A stretch of DNA of 64,000 nucleotides from Bacteriovoracaceae bacterium (lineage in GTDB: Bacteria > Bdellovibrionota > Bacteriovoracia > Bacteriovoracales > Bacteriovoracaceae), in NCBI GenBank assembly GCA_965217035.1, contig OZ244226.1, positions 2,648,146 to 2,712,145 on the forward strand, read 5' to 3'. Made by a program: the position numbers and the translations under genes. Under the pieces are notes generated by a model that saw only the letters and a list, made by a program, of their open reading frames with translations, had not been told where the DNA came from and did no database searches. Positions 10,398 to 18,666 of this stretch are shown here, one piece after another (the first letter of the stretch is position 1; each line of letters starts with the position of its first letter).

Positions 10398-11045
10398 ATG
10401 GGTACGTCTGTGCTTAATGCTGAAAATCGAGAACTCAACCTTTCTAGAGGTGAGCTTAATAAACGAAGAAAGGCGGGGCAAGTTCCTGCTGTCGTTTTTG
10501 GTAAAGAAATCGAATCAATTCCAGTTTTTGTTGATCTTTTAACTTTTCAAAGAGTTTATGCGGATCAAGGGAAAATCTTCGAACTTAACGTTAGTGGTAC
10601 GACTCATATGGTGAACACAAAAAAGATTGAAATGAATATCTTTGGAAATCTTGTAAACCATATCAACTTTCATAAATTGAAAGCTGGACAAACAACGACC
10701 GTTAATATTCCTGTCTCTCTCGTTGGTGAATCTAAAGGAGATAAAGCAGGTGGGATTATTTCAACTAATCTTGAAGTTCTTCCTGTTACTGGACTTCCAA
10801 AAGATATGCCGGAGAAAATCGAAATCGATATTACTGAGCTTGAAATCGATGGAAAGATTACCATTGGAGAGATTAAACTTGCTGGCAAATTAACGATCGA
10901 AGGAGAGGCTGAAGCAATTGTTGTTTCATGTGCAGCTCCAAAAGTTAAAGAAGAAGCCCCGGCTGGAGATGCTGCTTCAGAAGGTGGAGATGCTCCTGCT
11001 GCAGAAGCCGCACCAGTTGAAGGCGAAGCGAAGTCTGAAGAATAG
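10398..11045 (+). CDS. rplY: 50S ribosomal protein L25/CTC
   Basis: RRKAGQVPAVVFG, HINF, VGESKG, acidic Ala/Glu tail. Confidence 0.92.
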   Translation: MGTSVLNAENRELNLSRGELNKRRKAGQVPAVVFGKEIESIPVFVDLLTFQRVYADQGKIFELNVSGTTHMVNTKKIEMNIFGNLVNHINFHKLKAGQTTTVNIPVSLVGESKGDKAGGIISTNLEVLPVTGLPKDMPEKIEIDITELEIDGKITIGEIKLAGKLTIEGEAEAIVVSCAAPKVKEEAPAGDAASEGGDAPAAEAAPVEGEAKSEE

Positions 11046-11046
11046 A

Positions 11047-12429
11047 CTAAACGAGTTTACGTTGATTTCTAATCAGATCTTTAAAGGTCTCTCTCTTTCT
11101 AATCAATAATTCTTTTCCTCCGAGGATCATAACCTCGGGGGGAAGATAAAAACTATTATATTCACTGGCCATACTAAAACCGTAAGCACCTGCATCCAGC
11201 AATGCAATATGATCACCTGGATTCGGTTGAGGTAAAATCCGATCATCGGTTAGAATATCGCCTGTTTCACAAATATTACCGGCGACCTGGAATACTTTTT
11301 TATTAGAATTTTTTCCAAGTACGCGAACTCTATGATGGGCCTCATAAAGCAGCGGACGAGCAAGATGATTAAAACCAGTATCAACATTGATAAAGTTTGT
11401 ATAAGGAGAAAGCTTAACTGAATTGACTCGACTAATAAGAATCCCTGATTGTGCGACAAAATATCTTCCAGGTTCAAACCAAAGCTCAGGCATTTTCTTG
11501 AGGAATTTCAAATTTTTTTTAAGAACAGGGCAGATCGTGTCGGCCATCTTCTTTGGACTTAATCCAGGCTGTTTATCAAGGTAGGGAATTCCAAGTCCTC
11601 CACCGAGATTCATAAATTCTAATTCAAGTTTAAGATCTGTTTTAAGTTTTCTTAGGACTTCCGTATGAATTTGAACATTTTCTAAGAATGGTTCGACGTC
11701 AAGAATTTGAGAACCAATATGGCTATGGACTCCTCGAACATCAATCCACTTATTGTCCTTTGCAGTCTTATAAGCTTTTGTAATCTGTCCTTCAGTTTGA
11801 AGAATTCCAAATTTCGTAAACTTATGCCCCGTATTTATATTTTTGTGAGTTCTTGGATTAACATCAGGGTTGATACGAAAAGAGACGCGGACTTTTCTCT
11901 TTAACTTTGTCGCGATCCGGATCAAATTATCAAGATCTTCAAGAGAGTCGAGATTTACGAGGACTCCTTTTTTTGTTGCATAAGTGAGTTCTTCATCACT
12001 TTTTGAACTAGAAGTGAGAATAATATCTTTTGATTGATGACCAGCTTTTCTTGCTATTTTCATTTCACCAATAGAAATACATTCGGCTCCAGTTCCTTCG
12101 TTTTTTAAGAGTGAAACAATATTAAGGTTAGTGTTTGCTTTTAAAGCATAATGAACTTTAACTTTTGGGTATTGAGACTTGAAAGCAGAGTAAAACTCGT
12201 TATAACGCTTTTTAATGAGGTCACCATCGTAAACATAGAGCGGGCTTCCATATTTTTCTGCAAGTTCTAAAAGTTGTTTATGAGTAAATTTATAAGTCGA
12301 CTCGTAATAGGGAGCAGGAGCAGACTTCTTTTCAATTGCTTTCGATGCTGCCTTTGATTCCTTTGGAATCATGAGAGAGAGGCCTCCAGCGAGACCGAGC
12401 TGCATAAACTGACGACGGTTAGGTTGCAT
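11047..12429 (-). CDS. lysA: Diaminopimelate decarboxylase with N-terminal twin-arginine (Tat) signal
   Basis: GSPLYVYD, YALKAN (PLP lysine), HIGSQ, GGG, EPGR, CETGD, GAYGFSMASEYN; N-terminus NRRQFM plus hydrophobic stretch. Confidence 0.9.
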   Translation of the reverse strand: MQPNRRQFMQLGLAGGLSLMIPKESKAASKAIEKKSAPAPYYESTYKFTHKQLLELAEKYGSPLYVYDGDLIKKRYNEFYSAFKSQYPKVKVHYALKANTNLNIVSLLKNEGTGAECISIGEMKIARKAGHQSKDIILTSSSKSDEELTYATKKGVLVNLDSLEDLDNLIRIATKLKRKVRVSFRINPDVNPRTHKNINTGHKFTKFGILQTEGQITKAYKTAKDNKWIDVRGVHSHIGSQILDVEPFLENVQIHTEVLRKLKTDLKLELEFMNLGGGLGIPYLDKQPGLSPKKMADTICPVLKKNLKFLKKMPELWFEPGRYFVAQSGILISRVNSVKLSPYTNFINVDTGFNHLARPLLYEAHHRVRVLGKNSNKKVFQVAGNICETGDILTDDRILPQPNPGDHIALLDAGAYGFSMASEYNSFYLPPEVMILGGKELLIRKRETFKDLIRNQRKLV

Positions 12430-12430
12430 G

Positions 12431-12463
12431 ACAATATCCTTAGTAAATGACTAAGGATATTGT
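12431..12463 (-). promoter_or_regulatory. Perfect 14-bp hairpin enclosing the lysA Shine-Dalgarno
   Basis: ACAATATCCTTAGT-N5-ACTAAGGATATTGT ends 1 nt before the ATG and contains AAGGA. Confidence 0.65.
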
Positions 12464-12473
12464 GAAAGCTTAG

Positions 12474-13199
12474 TTATTTGATGTCAAAGAAGCGAGCCTT
12501 ATCGAACTGAGTATAAAATTTATAAGCAAATAAGACTGTTAGGGCACACATAATATGCCAGATTGCATGTCCTTGGAAGATATGATCATGAGGGTCACAA
12601 TAGATTCTAGCAGCATCAAGAGCGCTAAAGATTGCTCCAATTCCAAGACAAAGAATAGCAAGCCCAAATGATTTATAACTTTTTCGATGTTCTTCTTCCA
12701 TTCGAGAGATTATGACTTCAGAAACAATAGTGAGGACAATCAAGATAAAGACAATTGATTGAAAAGGAATATTTAAGATATGAAAAACAACAACCATTCC
12801 CGTGAGTATATTTATTAAGAGAAAGAAGTAACTATAAACATTCGATTCATCAATCCACTTGAGTCTTCTAAAGTTATAGATAAGAGGGATGAGGAAAATA
12901 ATATACATCGCATAGAAATCGACGAGCTGAGTATAAAAATTATAAGACATATGCCAAACGAAAGATCCAGCGCCAACAATAATAGAACCTGGTCCGAAAA
13001 CTCTCAAAAATGGATCTTTATAACGTCTACAGTGGAACATGATATAAATCCCAACGATAATGAAAAGAAGATTGGACCAAGTGTTCGCAGGTTCAATAAA
13101 CCAACCTGTAAGTTGTTCCTCGCACCATTTAATATTTGGTGGCGCAGCAACAGACATGTCATACCAGGGACTTCCAACTGGCGGCTTAGGAATTTCCAT
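12474..13199 (-). CDS. Ceramidase-domain (CREST superfamily) membrane hydrolase
   Basis: WCE, EPANTWSN, SxxxH (SFVWH), HAIWH, about 7 TM helices. Confidence 0.85.
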   Translation of the reverse strand: MEIPKPPVGSPWYDMSVAAPPNIKWCEEQLTGWFIEPANTWSNLLFIIVGIYIMFHCRRYKDPFLRVFGPGSIIVGAGSFVWHMSYNFYTQLVDFYAMYIIFLIPLIYNFRRLKWIDESNVYSYFFLLINILTGMVVVFHILNIPFQSIVFILIVLTIVSEVIISRMEEEHRKSYKSFGLAILCLGIGAIFSALDAARIYCDPHDHIFQGHAIWHIMCALTVLFAYKFYTQFDKARFFDIK

Positions 13200-13324
13200 T
13201 TTTTCTCCTTTAATTAAATTTATTTTACCTCAAACTCGTAAATTTTCTATCTTAGGACACATGAACCTGAGCAAACCAGTTTTTCCAGCCTAGTAATCAT
13301 TTTTTGAGCTGTTATACTACGCCC

Positions 13325-13691
13325 ATGAATGAAAAAATCTATTTCTCAGAGGATCTTGGAATCGATATCGATGATTTTGTAGAGAGCTCTGAGTCCGATA
13401 TTAGCAATCCTATGCTCAGAACATTAACGGTCCGTAGGGGATAAATGGAATATTTTACTCCTAACTTTTCTTTTAGTGAAAGGACCTCAGTCTTTAAGTG
13501 AGATCATGGAGCAATTTTCTTCTTTGTCCGAGATAGAATTGAAAAATAAACTTGAAAAACTTGAAGATGGAGGAGCTATTGAACAATCAGATTCTGATGA
13601 CGGTACTAAGTACGGAGTGACAGAATCAGGTGCCAAGTTAAAACCACTGCTTGTCGAGATGAAAGATTAGGGGAAACAAGTCTTCAGTTAA
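13325..13691 (+). pseudogene. HxlR-family winged-helix regulator, disrupted
   Basis: Removing one C near 13432 joins MNEKIY...LTV to VGDKWNILLL...GP...LEDGG...YGVTESG; TAG at 13668-13670 sits where HxlR has the W of WG; the frame continues GKQVFS to a stop at 13691. Confidence 0.7.
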
Positions 13692-13766
13692 GAAATCTAA
13701 AACTCAGTCGATAAAGGTGGGTAAAGGAAAAGCAGATAAACTCCTACAAGATAAAATCAAAATTCG

Positions 13767-14828
13767 TTAGTTTGATTTGAATCTGATTTTAAAACAGGTG
13801 TGAGTCGAGTTCGGTTCGTAAATAAGTTCAGCATTATTTCTTTCTGCAATTTTTTTAGAAATACTTAAGCCTAGGCCGGTTCCTTCTCCAACTTTCTTTG
13901 TTGTATAGAACGGTGTCATCATCTTATTTGCAATTTTTTGAGGGATTTGAGGCCCATTATCCATAATAATAAGTGAGCAAAAATATTTATCTTTTTCTGT
14001 TGCAATCTTAATCCAACGATCAGTTTTTATCTCTTGAAGAGCATCTCTTGAATTGTGAAAGAGGTTAATTAGAATTTGTGAAATTTCAATTGGTCGACAA
14101 AGGAAGGTCATATTACCATCAATATCATTTTTGACCTCAATAGCACTATTTTTTAATTTCTCTTGAGAGAGATTCAAGGCATCCTGGACAATCTTTTCAG
14201 CCGTTTGGAGTTCAAGGTCATCAATTTGTTCAGACCGGCTAAAGCTCTTTAAACCATTGATTATTTTAGAAATTCTAAAAGTCGTATTTTTTATGGTGAG
14301 TAAAGTTTTTTTGATCTTATTATAATCAATTTCATTGGCTTGATAGAGATAATCAAGAACCTCTACACCAGCAGAAATAATATTCAGGGGATTATTGATT
14401 TCATGAGCAATTCCTCCTGCCATTTCTCCCAACGTTATCATTCGCTCAGAATGGTTAAGAGTTGATTCTGTGGCAACAAGTTGGGTGATGTCTTCAACAT
14501 ACAAGACAATAGACTCTATCTCTTTTTTGTTATTCCCATAGAGTGGATTTGCAGACCATTTGATATAAAAGTCATCCTCTTCGGTTGTAATTTTATCTCT
14601 TGAGCTTCGAGTGATTTCTCCTTTGAGAACTTTTTCAAAAGCTTTTCGCCACTTTTTTTCATCAGTATTCCAAAAACTAAAGAAAGAGTCGCCTATCTTA
14701 ACTTCTTTTGTTTTTGGTAGAGTGTTCCATTCTTTAGAGAGAGCAACGAAATTCAACTTATGATCAAGTACAGCAAAACAAGAAGGAAGACTCTCTAGAA
14801 TACCTGCTAGGATCTGAGTCTTTTTCAT
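13767..14828 (-). CDS. PAS-domain sensor histidine kinase
   Basis: LGEMAGGIAHEINNPL H-box, QILINLFHNS N-box, DNGP, GEGTGLGLS. Confidence 0.93.
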   Translation of the reverse strand: MKKTQILAGILESLPSCFAVLDHKLNFVALSKEWNTLPKTKEVKIGDSFFSFWNTDEKKWRKAFEKVLKGEITRSSRDKITTEEDDFYIKWSANPLYGNNKKEIESIVLYVEDITQLVATESTLNHSERMITLGEMAGGIAHEINNPLNIISAGVEVLDYLYQANEIDYNKIKKTLLTIKNTTFRISKIINGLKSFSRSEQIDDLELQTAEKIVQDALNLSQEKLKNSAIEVKNDIDGNMTFLCRPIEISQILINLFHNSRDALQEIKTDRWIKIATEKDKYFCSLIIMDNGPQIPQKIANKMMTPFYTTKKVGEGTGLGLSISKKIAERNNAELIYEPNSTHTCFKIRFKSN

Positions 14829-14907
14829 AACTCATTATGTTTCAATTTAAATAATGGAACAAGTCTGAAGTCATTGTCAGCCTGAATAAAATTTGTGAAG
14901 ATAAATC

Positions 14908-15354
14908 ATGGGATTCGAATTAAGACCTTTAAAACCTGATAATATTGATGAAAAAAATCAATTTCTCGGAATTTTAAAAGATAATTACACCTCAGTTCCT
15001 TACGAACCAACCGATAAACTCTTTACGCCTGATAAATACTTTTTTTTTGCTTATGAAGGTGAGCGACTTGTTGGAGTGACAGGGTTTGCTTTTAAAACAC
15101 CAACTCTGGCAGAAACGATCAAGACTGTTGTTCTTCCTGAGTGTAGAGGCAAAGGGTATGGGCAGAAGCTATCTGATTTGATCGAGCAAAAGTGTAAGCA
15201 GGAAGGAATTAAAAAAGTTATTTCAACAATCTATGCTAAGAATACGAAAATGATAGCGATAAAGATGGCACAAGGGTACACAATAGAAGGTTATCATCCT
15301 GATCATGAAGCACCAGGTTGGCATGAATATTCACTTGGTAAAATTTTAAGCTGA
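14908..15354 (+). CDS. GNAT family N-acetyltransferase
   Basis: VVLPECRGKGYG acetyl-CoA binding motif. Confidence 0.85.
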   Translation: MGFELRPLKPDNIDEKNQFLGILKDNYTSVPYEPTDKLFTPDKYFFFAYEGERLVGVTGFAFKTPTLAETIKTVVLPECRGKGYGQKLSDLIEQKCKQEGIKKVISTIYAKNTKMIAIKMAQGYTIEGYHPDHEAPGWHEYSLGKILS

Positions 15355-15819
15355 TTTCTTTTCTAAAAAACTAAAATAAATTTCTTCAATCGCATCGAGG
15401 ATGAGTTCTTCTCCTAAATCATTTGTTTGGACTGGAGCCTTTCCAGCTTTGACTTGATCAGGAGTCAGAAGAATCATTTTAGTTTCTTTCGTTGATTTAT
15501 CAAAATAGGGCGCAAAGAAAGAAATGACCTCCGCGTTCTTAGGAAGAAAACCAACGACAAGGCTCATTTGAGTCACAACGCTCGGTGGAATTTGATGGTA
15601 TTTTATAGAAACGTCAGTTCCTATTTGATTCAAAACTTCAAACCACTTCTTGATCCCAAGAGAGTTAATCATAGTCACGCCTTCAAAATTAACATCAAGA
15701 TTCTTGAAATTTTTCAAGCGCTTAACATCTATTTCGACAAAATGATTAATATAGCCAGAAAGTTTAAGCGTAATCTTTCCGCCTTCTTCTTGGTATTCAA
15801 CTTGGCTTGATGCTTTCAT
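15346..15819 (-). CDS. STAS-like domain protein
   Basis: LSGYI, VTMINSLGIKKW, SFFAPYF. Confidence 0.65.
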   Translation of the reverse strand: MKASSQVEYQEEGGKITLKLSGYINHFVEIDVKRLKNFKNLDVNFEGVTMINSLGIKKWFEVLNQIGTDVSIKYHQIPPSVVTQMSLVVGFLPKNAEVISFFAPYFDKSTKETKMILLTPDQVKAGKAPVQTNDLGEELILDAIEEIYFSFLEKKSA

Positions 15820-15892
15820 GTCCCTATTATGCCTTAGCTTTAGAATTGAGGAAAGGTTTAAAGATCGTAGACTTTTTTGGTAGAGTATAAGG

Positions 15893-16420
15893 ATGAGAAA
15901 AGGTAAAAAAAATCCAGAAAAAAAGTTTGAACGTGAGCTTATTCACAATAGGATGCATGCTAAGCATGGTCATAATAAACTCGTTCTTATTTTAGACCAT
16001 CTCAAAAGAAGTTATAATATTGGAAAAATTTTTAGAACAGCTGAAGTTTTCTCACTTCATGAGATTCACTTGATTGGGACTAAGGACTTTGACCCTTATC
16101 CTGCAAAAGGAGCGCTAAAGAGAGTCAAATGCCATTTTTTTAAGAGTCTAGGTGAATCACTCGAGAAGCTTGAAACAGAGGGTTATCAAACTTTTATCTT
16201 TGATACGAACACTGATCAATACCTAGAATCAGTTGAGTTTCCTGAAAAGACGGCCTTACTCTTTGGCAATGAAGAGTTTGGTCCTATGCTTGAAGGGATT
16301 AATACTGAAAACTTAAAGAAGGTTAAGATTCGGCAGTATGGAAAAATTGAAAGCCTTAATGTTTCAATTGCTGCCAGCATTGGAGCTTATGAGTATCTTA
16401 GACAGCATTCAATTAATTAA
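15893..16420 (+). CDS. TrmH/SpoU RNA methyltransferase
   Basis: NIGKIFRTA, LFGNEEFG, ESLNVSIA. Confidence 0.92.
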   Translation: MRKGKKNPEKKFERELIHNRMHAKHGHNKLVLILDHLKRSYNIGKIFRTAEVFSLHEIHLIGTKDFDPYPAKGALKRVKCHFFKSLGESLEKLETEGYQTFIFDTNTDQYLESVEFPEKTALLFGNEEFGPMLEGINTENLKKVKIRQYGKIESLNVSIAASIGAYEYLRQHSIN

Positions 16421-17272
16421 TTTGTGAAAGTGATTATAATCTATGTAGGGTTTTCCTGATTGATTAACTCCCATGACATCATGAAATTGTTTGGCCATAA
16501 CGATGTCGGAACCTATATAAAACTTTCTATTATGAACATGTTGAGAAAAAGTATCATCAATGCCTGTCATCGAAATAATAAAAATTAATTCAGCTTCAGC
16601 TAGTTCTTCAAATTTGTATTGATAAAGTGGACTCGACTCATCAATAACGTGAGTGACTAGCCAAGTAAGACTAAAAAGAGGAGACTTCTTTCTTACAAGT
16701 TCTAAATCATAAATTTTTCTAAAGCTCATTCCTTCTTCTGTTATTTCTGGACGGCTCATGATCGCCTCGACTTCAGCTGCAACTATTTCGTTCGTTCTTG
16801 CATTTCCCAGTCTGAATTGAAGAACTTTTTGACCATTCATCTCTGAGATAATCATGTTTTTAGTAAAAAGAACTCTTGCCGTCGGTCTTGAAAACTTAGT
16901 GAATGCCATCCCTGTTGCAATGGCAACAAAGAGAATTCCACTGATTGTATCGAGCATAACAATAATATGGGCATAAGTTGTTTTAGGAAGAAAATGACCA
17001 TAACCAATAGTAGTACTAGTTTGAAAGCTGAAAAGAAAAGCATCCCAAAAAGATTGTGGGTTAGCATTCAGAATATTATCTCCTCCGAGATAATAGAAGG
17101 TTGCAAATATTGCATTGATTGTAAGATAAGCGAGAATGAAAAGAACAAAGAAGTAGCGCCACTTCATTCTCATAAGATTATGGTAAATATCATTCAACCA
17201 ACTATTAGGAAGGCCGTATCTTTTTATCGATAACCCTCCATCTCTTCGAACAGAAAAAGCATCCTTTTTCAT
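16409..17272 (-). CDS. Inward-rectifier potassium channel (KirBac)
   Basis: FSFQTSTTIGYG selectivity filter, KFSRP, FRLGNAR, HVIDESSPL. Confidence 0.93.
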   Translation of the reverse strand: MKKDAFSVRRDGGLSIKRYGLPNSWLNDIYHNLMRMKWRYFFVLFILAYLTINAIFATFYYLGGDNILNANPQSFWDAFLFSFQTSTTIGYGHFLPKTTYAHIIVMLDTISGILFVAIATGMAFTKFSRPTARVLFTKNMIISEMNGQKVLQFRLGNARTNEIVAAEVEAIMSRPEITEEGMSFRKIYDLELVRKKSPLFSLTWLVTHVIDESSPLYQYKFEELAEAELIFIISMTGIDDTFSQHVHNRKFYIGSDIVMAKQFHDVMGVNQSGKPYIDYNHFHKLIN

Positions 17273-18210
17273 TATTTCACCGGGATATTGATTTGAGTTT
17301 TTATCTGAGAAATTTCAACTTCTTGCGGATTATTAACGTAAACTTCATACATTGGAATATTATTATTAATTTTATATTTTCCTGCTCTTTGATAGCCAAT
17401 TGCAGTTGTCCAAGCATTTCCGAGATGATTATATCTTCCAGTGTGAGTGACCTGAACACCTTTATGCTTTGGAAATGTTCCTCTGATTAAGCTTGTCTCA
17501 AAACTAGGTTTCTCTTTATAGGCAAAAGCTGAAGTAAACTCACAGATACCTTTTACTATGTCATACTTATGATAGAGAGAGATCATATGATCAGGTTGAG
17601 GAAGTTCTCCTGATGACATTTGCTCAAAAAGGTTTGCAAAGTCTTGTTCCATTGTATTAGGCATTTGATCGATTGTTGTTTTGTGATTGATTCCAACATA
17701 ATGATAACCGTCGAGTTGGACCTCTCCATTGATCTCTGAGTCAGTCAAAACTGAACCTGTCTCGAGATATTCCTTGAGCATGGAGAGACCTCTTTGATAA
17801 TCATGACCAATGAGTGCAGTCATCATTTTCTTAAAAAAAAATAAAAAGATAGGGACAGAACCTTTTAAGTACCAACGGACATCAGTCCCTCCATCTCTTT
17901 CTGAGAAACTGAAATGAACTTCACTTGTTGATTTCCAAGGAACCATAACAATTAAACTGTAATCAATTCTTTTATTTTCCTTGATATTTTCGAGGGTCAT
18001 TGACCCTTTCCCAATTCGTTTCCCATCCCAGCTTTGCTTATGACCTGGATTGAGAGCAGAGCCTTCACGCTCGATAGGACAGTCTTTCTCTTGGCATAAC
18101 CATGGAGACCAGGCCTTCCAAGTACTAAAATCTCCGACAGTTTTAAAAACTTCAGAAACAGGTTTTTTTATGTAAATTGATTTTTCTACAGTAAAAGGGA
18201 TTGAGAACAT
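17272..18210 (-). CDS. SRPBCC plus GyrI-like domain protein
   Basis: W..WSPW, DYQRGL.MLK, HTGRYNHLGNAW, YEVYVNNP; AGGAG RBS before the ATG at 18210. Confidence 0.85.
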   Translation of the reverse strand: MFSIPFTVEKSIYIKKPVSEVFKTVGDFSTWKAWSPWLCQEKDCPIEREGSALNPGHKQSWDGKRIGKGSMTLENIKENKRIDYSLIVMVPWKSTSEVHFSFSERDGGTDVRWYLKGSVPIFLFFFKKMMTALIGHDYQRGLSMLKEYLETGSVLTDSEINGEVQLDGYHYVGINHKTTIDQMPNTMEQDFANLFEQMSSGELPQPDHMISLYHKYDIVKGICEFTSAFAYKEKPSFETSLIRGTFPKHKGVQVTHTGRYNHLGNAWTTAIGYQRAGKYKINNNIPMYEVYVNNPQEVEISQIKTQINIPVK

Positions 18211-18275
18211 CCTTGCTCCTTTATTCATTATTTTATTCAAGATTAGCTTTAGTGAAAAAAAAGTTCAAAAAAGAG

Positions 18276-18303
18276 TTGCAATTAATCTAAAAAGGTTTAT
18301 ATT
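18276..18303 (+). promoter_or_regulatory. Putative sigma70 promoter
   Basis: TTGCAA-N16-TATATT upstream of the leader ORF. Confidence 0.45.
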
Positions 18304-18333
18304 CAGGGTAATACTCTAATACTGGAGGCAACT

Positions 18334-18441
18334 ATGAATACATTCGGAATGATTTTTTTATCGACCGCAACGGTTTCCGATGTTGTTGTCTCTGGACTTG
18401 AAAACAGACCGAGAGACAACGTCGTTGTCACCGGCTGTTAG
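18334..18441 (+). CDS. 35-aa putative leader peptide
   Basis: GGAGG RBS; MNTFGMIFLSTATVSDVVVSGLENRPRDNVVVTGC; overlaps alternative hairpins; not in the ORF track. Confidence 0.6.
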   Translation: MNTFGMIFLSTATVSDVVVSGLENRPRDNVVVTGC

Positions 18442-18540
18442 CGTCGCCAGCTAGTCGATAATCATCACATTTTAGACGTTTTAAGCCCGTTTGGGGCTAA
18501 CTTGCACCTGGAGACTCGTGCACAAGCAAGGATTAGAGTA

Positions 18541-18666
18541 ATGAAGTTTATATATCTATTTATTAAGCTGTTAAAGGTTCTTTTTGCTCCTTGGGTATTC
18601 CCGAAAAACAAGGATTTTCAATTTCAAGAACTAGAGAATTACAAACGCATGAAGGAGATCATGTAA
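18541..18666 (+). CDS. 41-aa small ORF coupled to the ABC transporter start
   Basis: MKFIYLFIKLLKVLFAPWVFPKNKDFQFQELENYKRMKEIM; its stop overlaps the next ATG (TAATG). Confidence 0.5.
   Translation: MKFIYLFIKLLKVLFAPWVFPKNKDFQFQELENYKRMKEIM

Noticed and set aside
18334..18441. RiPP precursor with C-terminal Cys next to an ABC exporter
   Set aside because: No modifying enzymes nearby and no recognisable C39 peptidase motif in the transporter; the RNA structure fits a leader better
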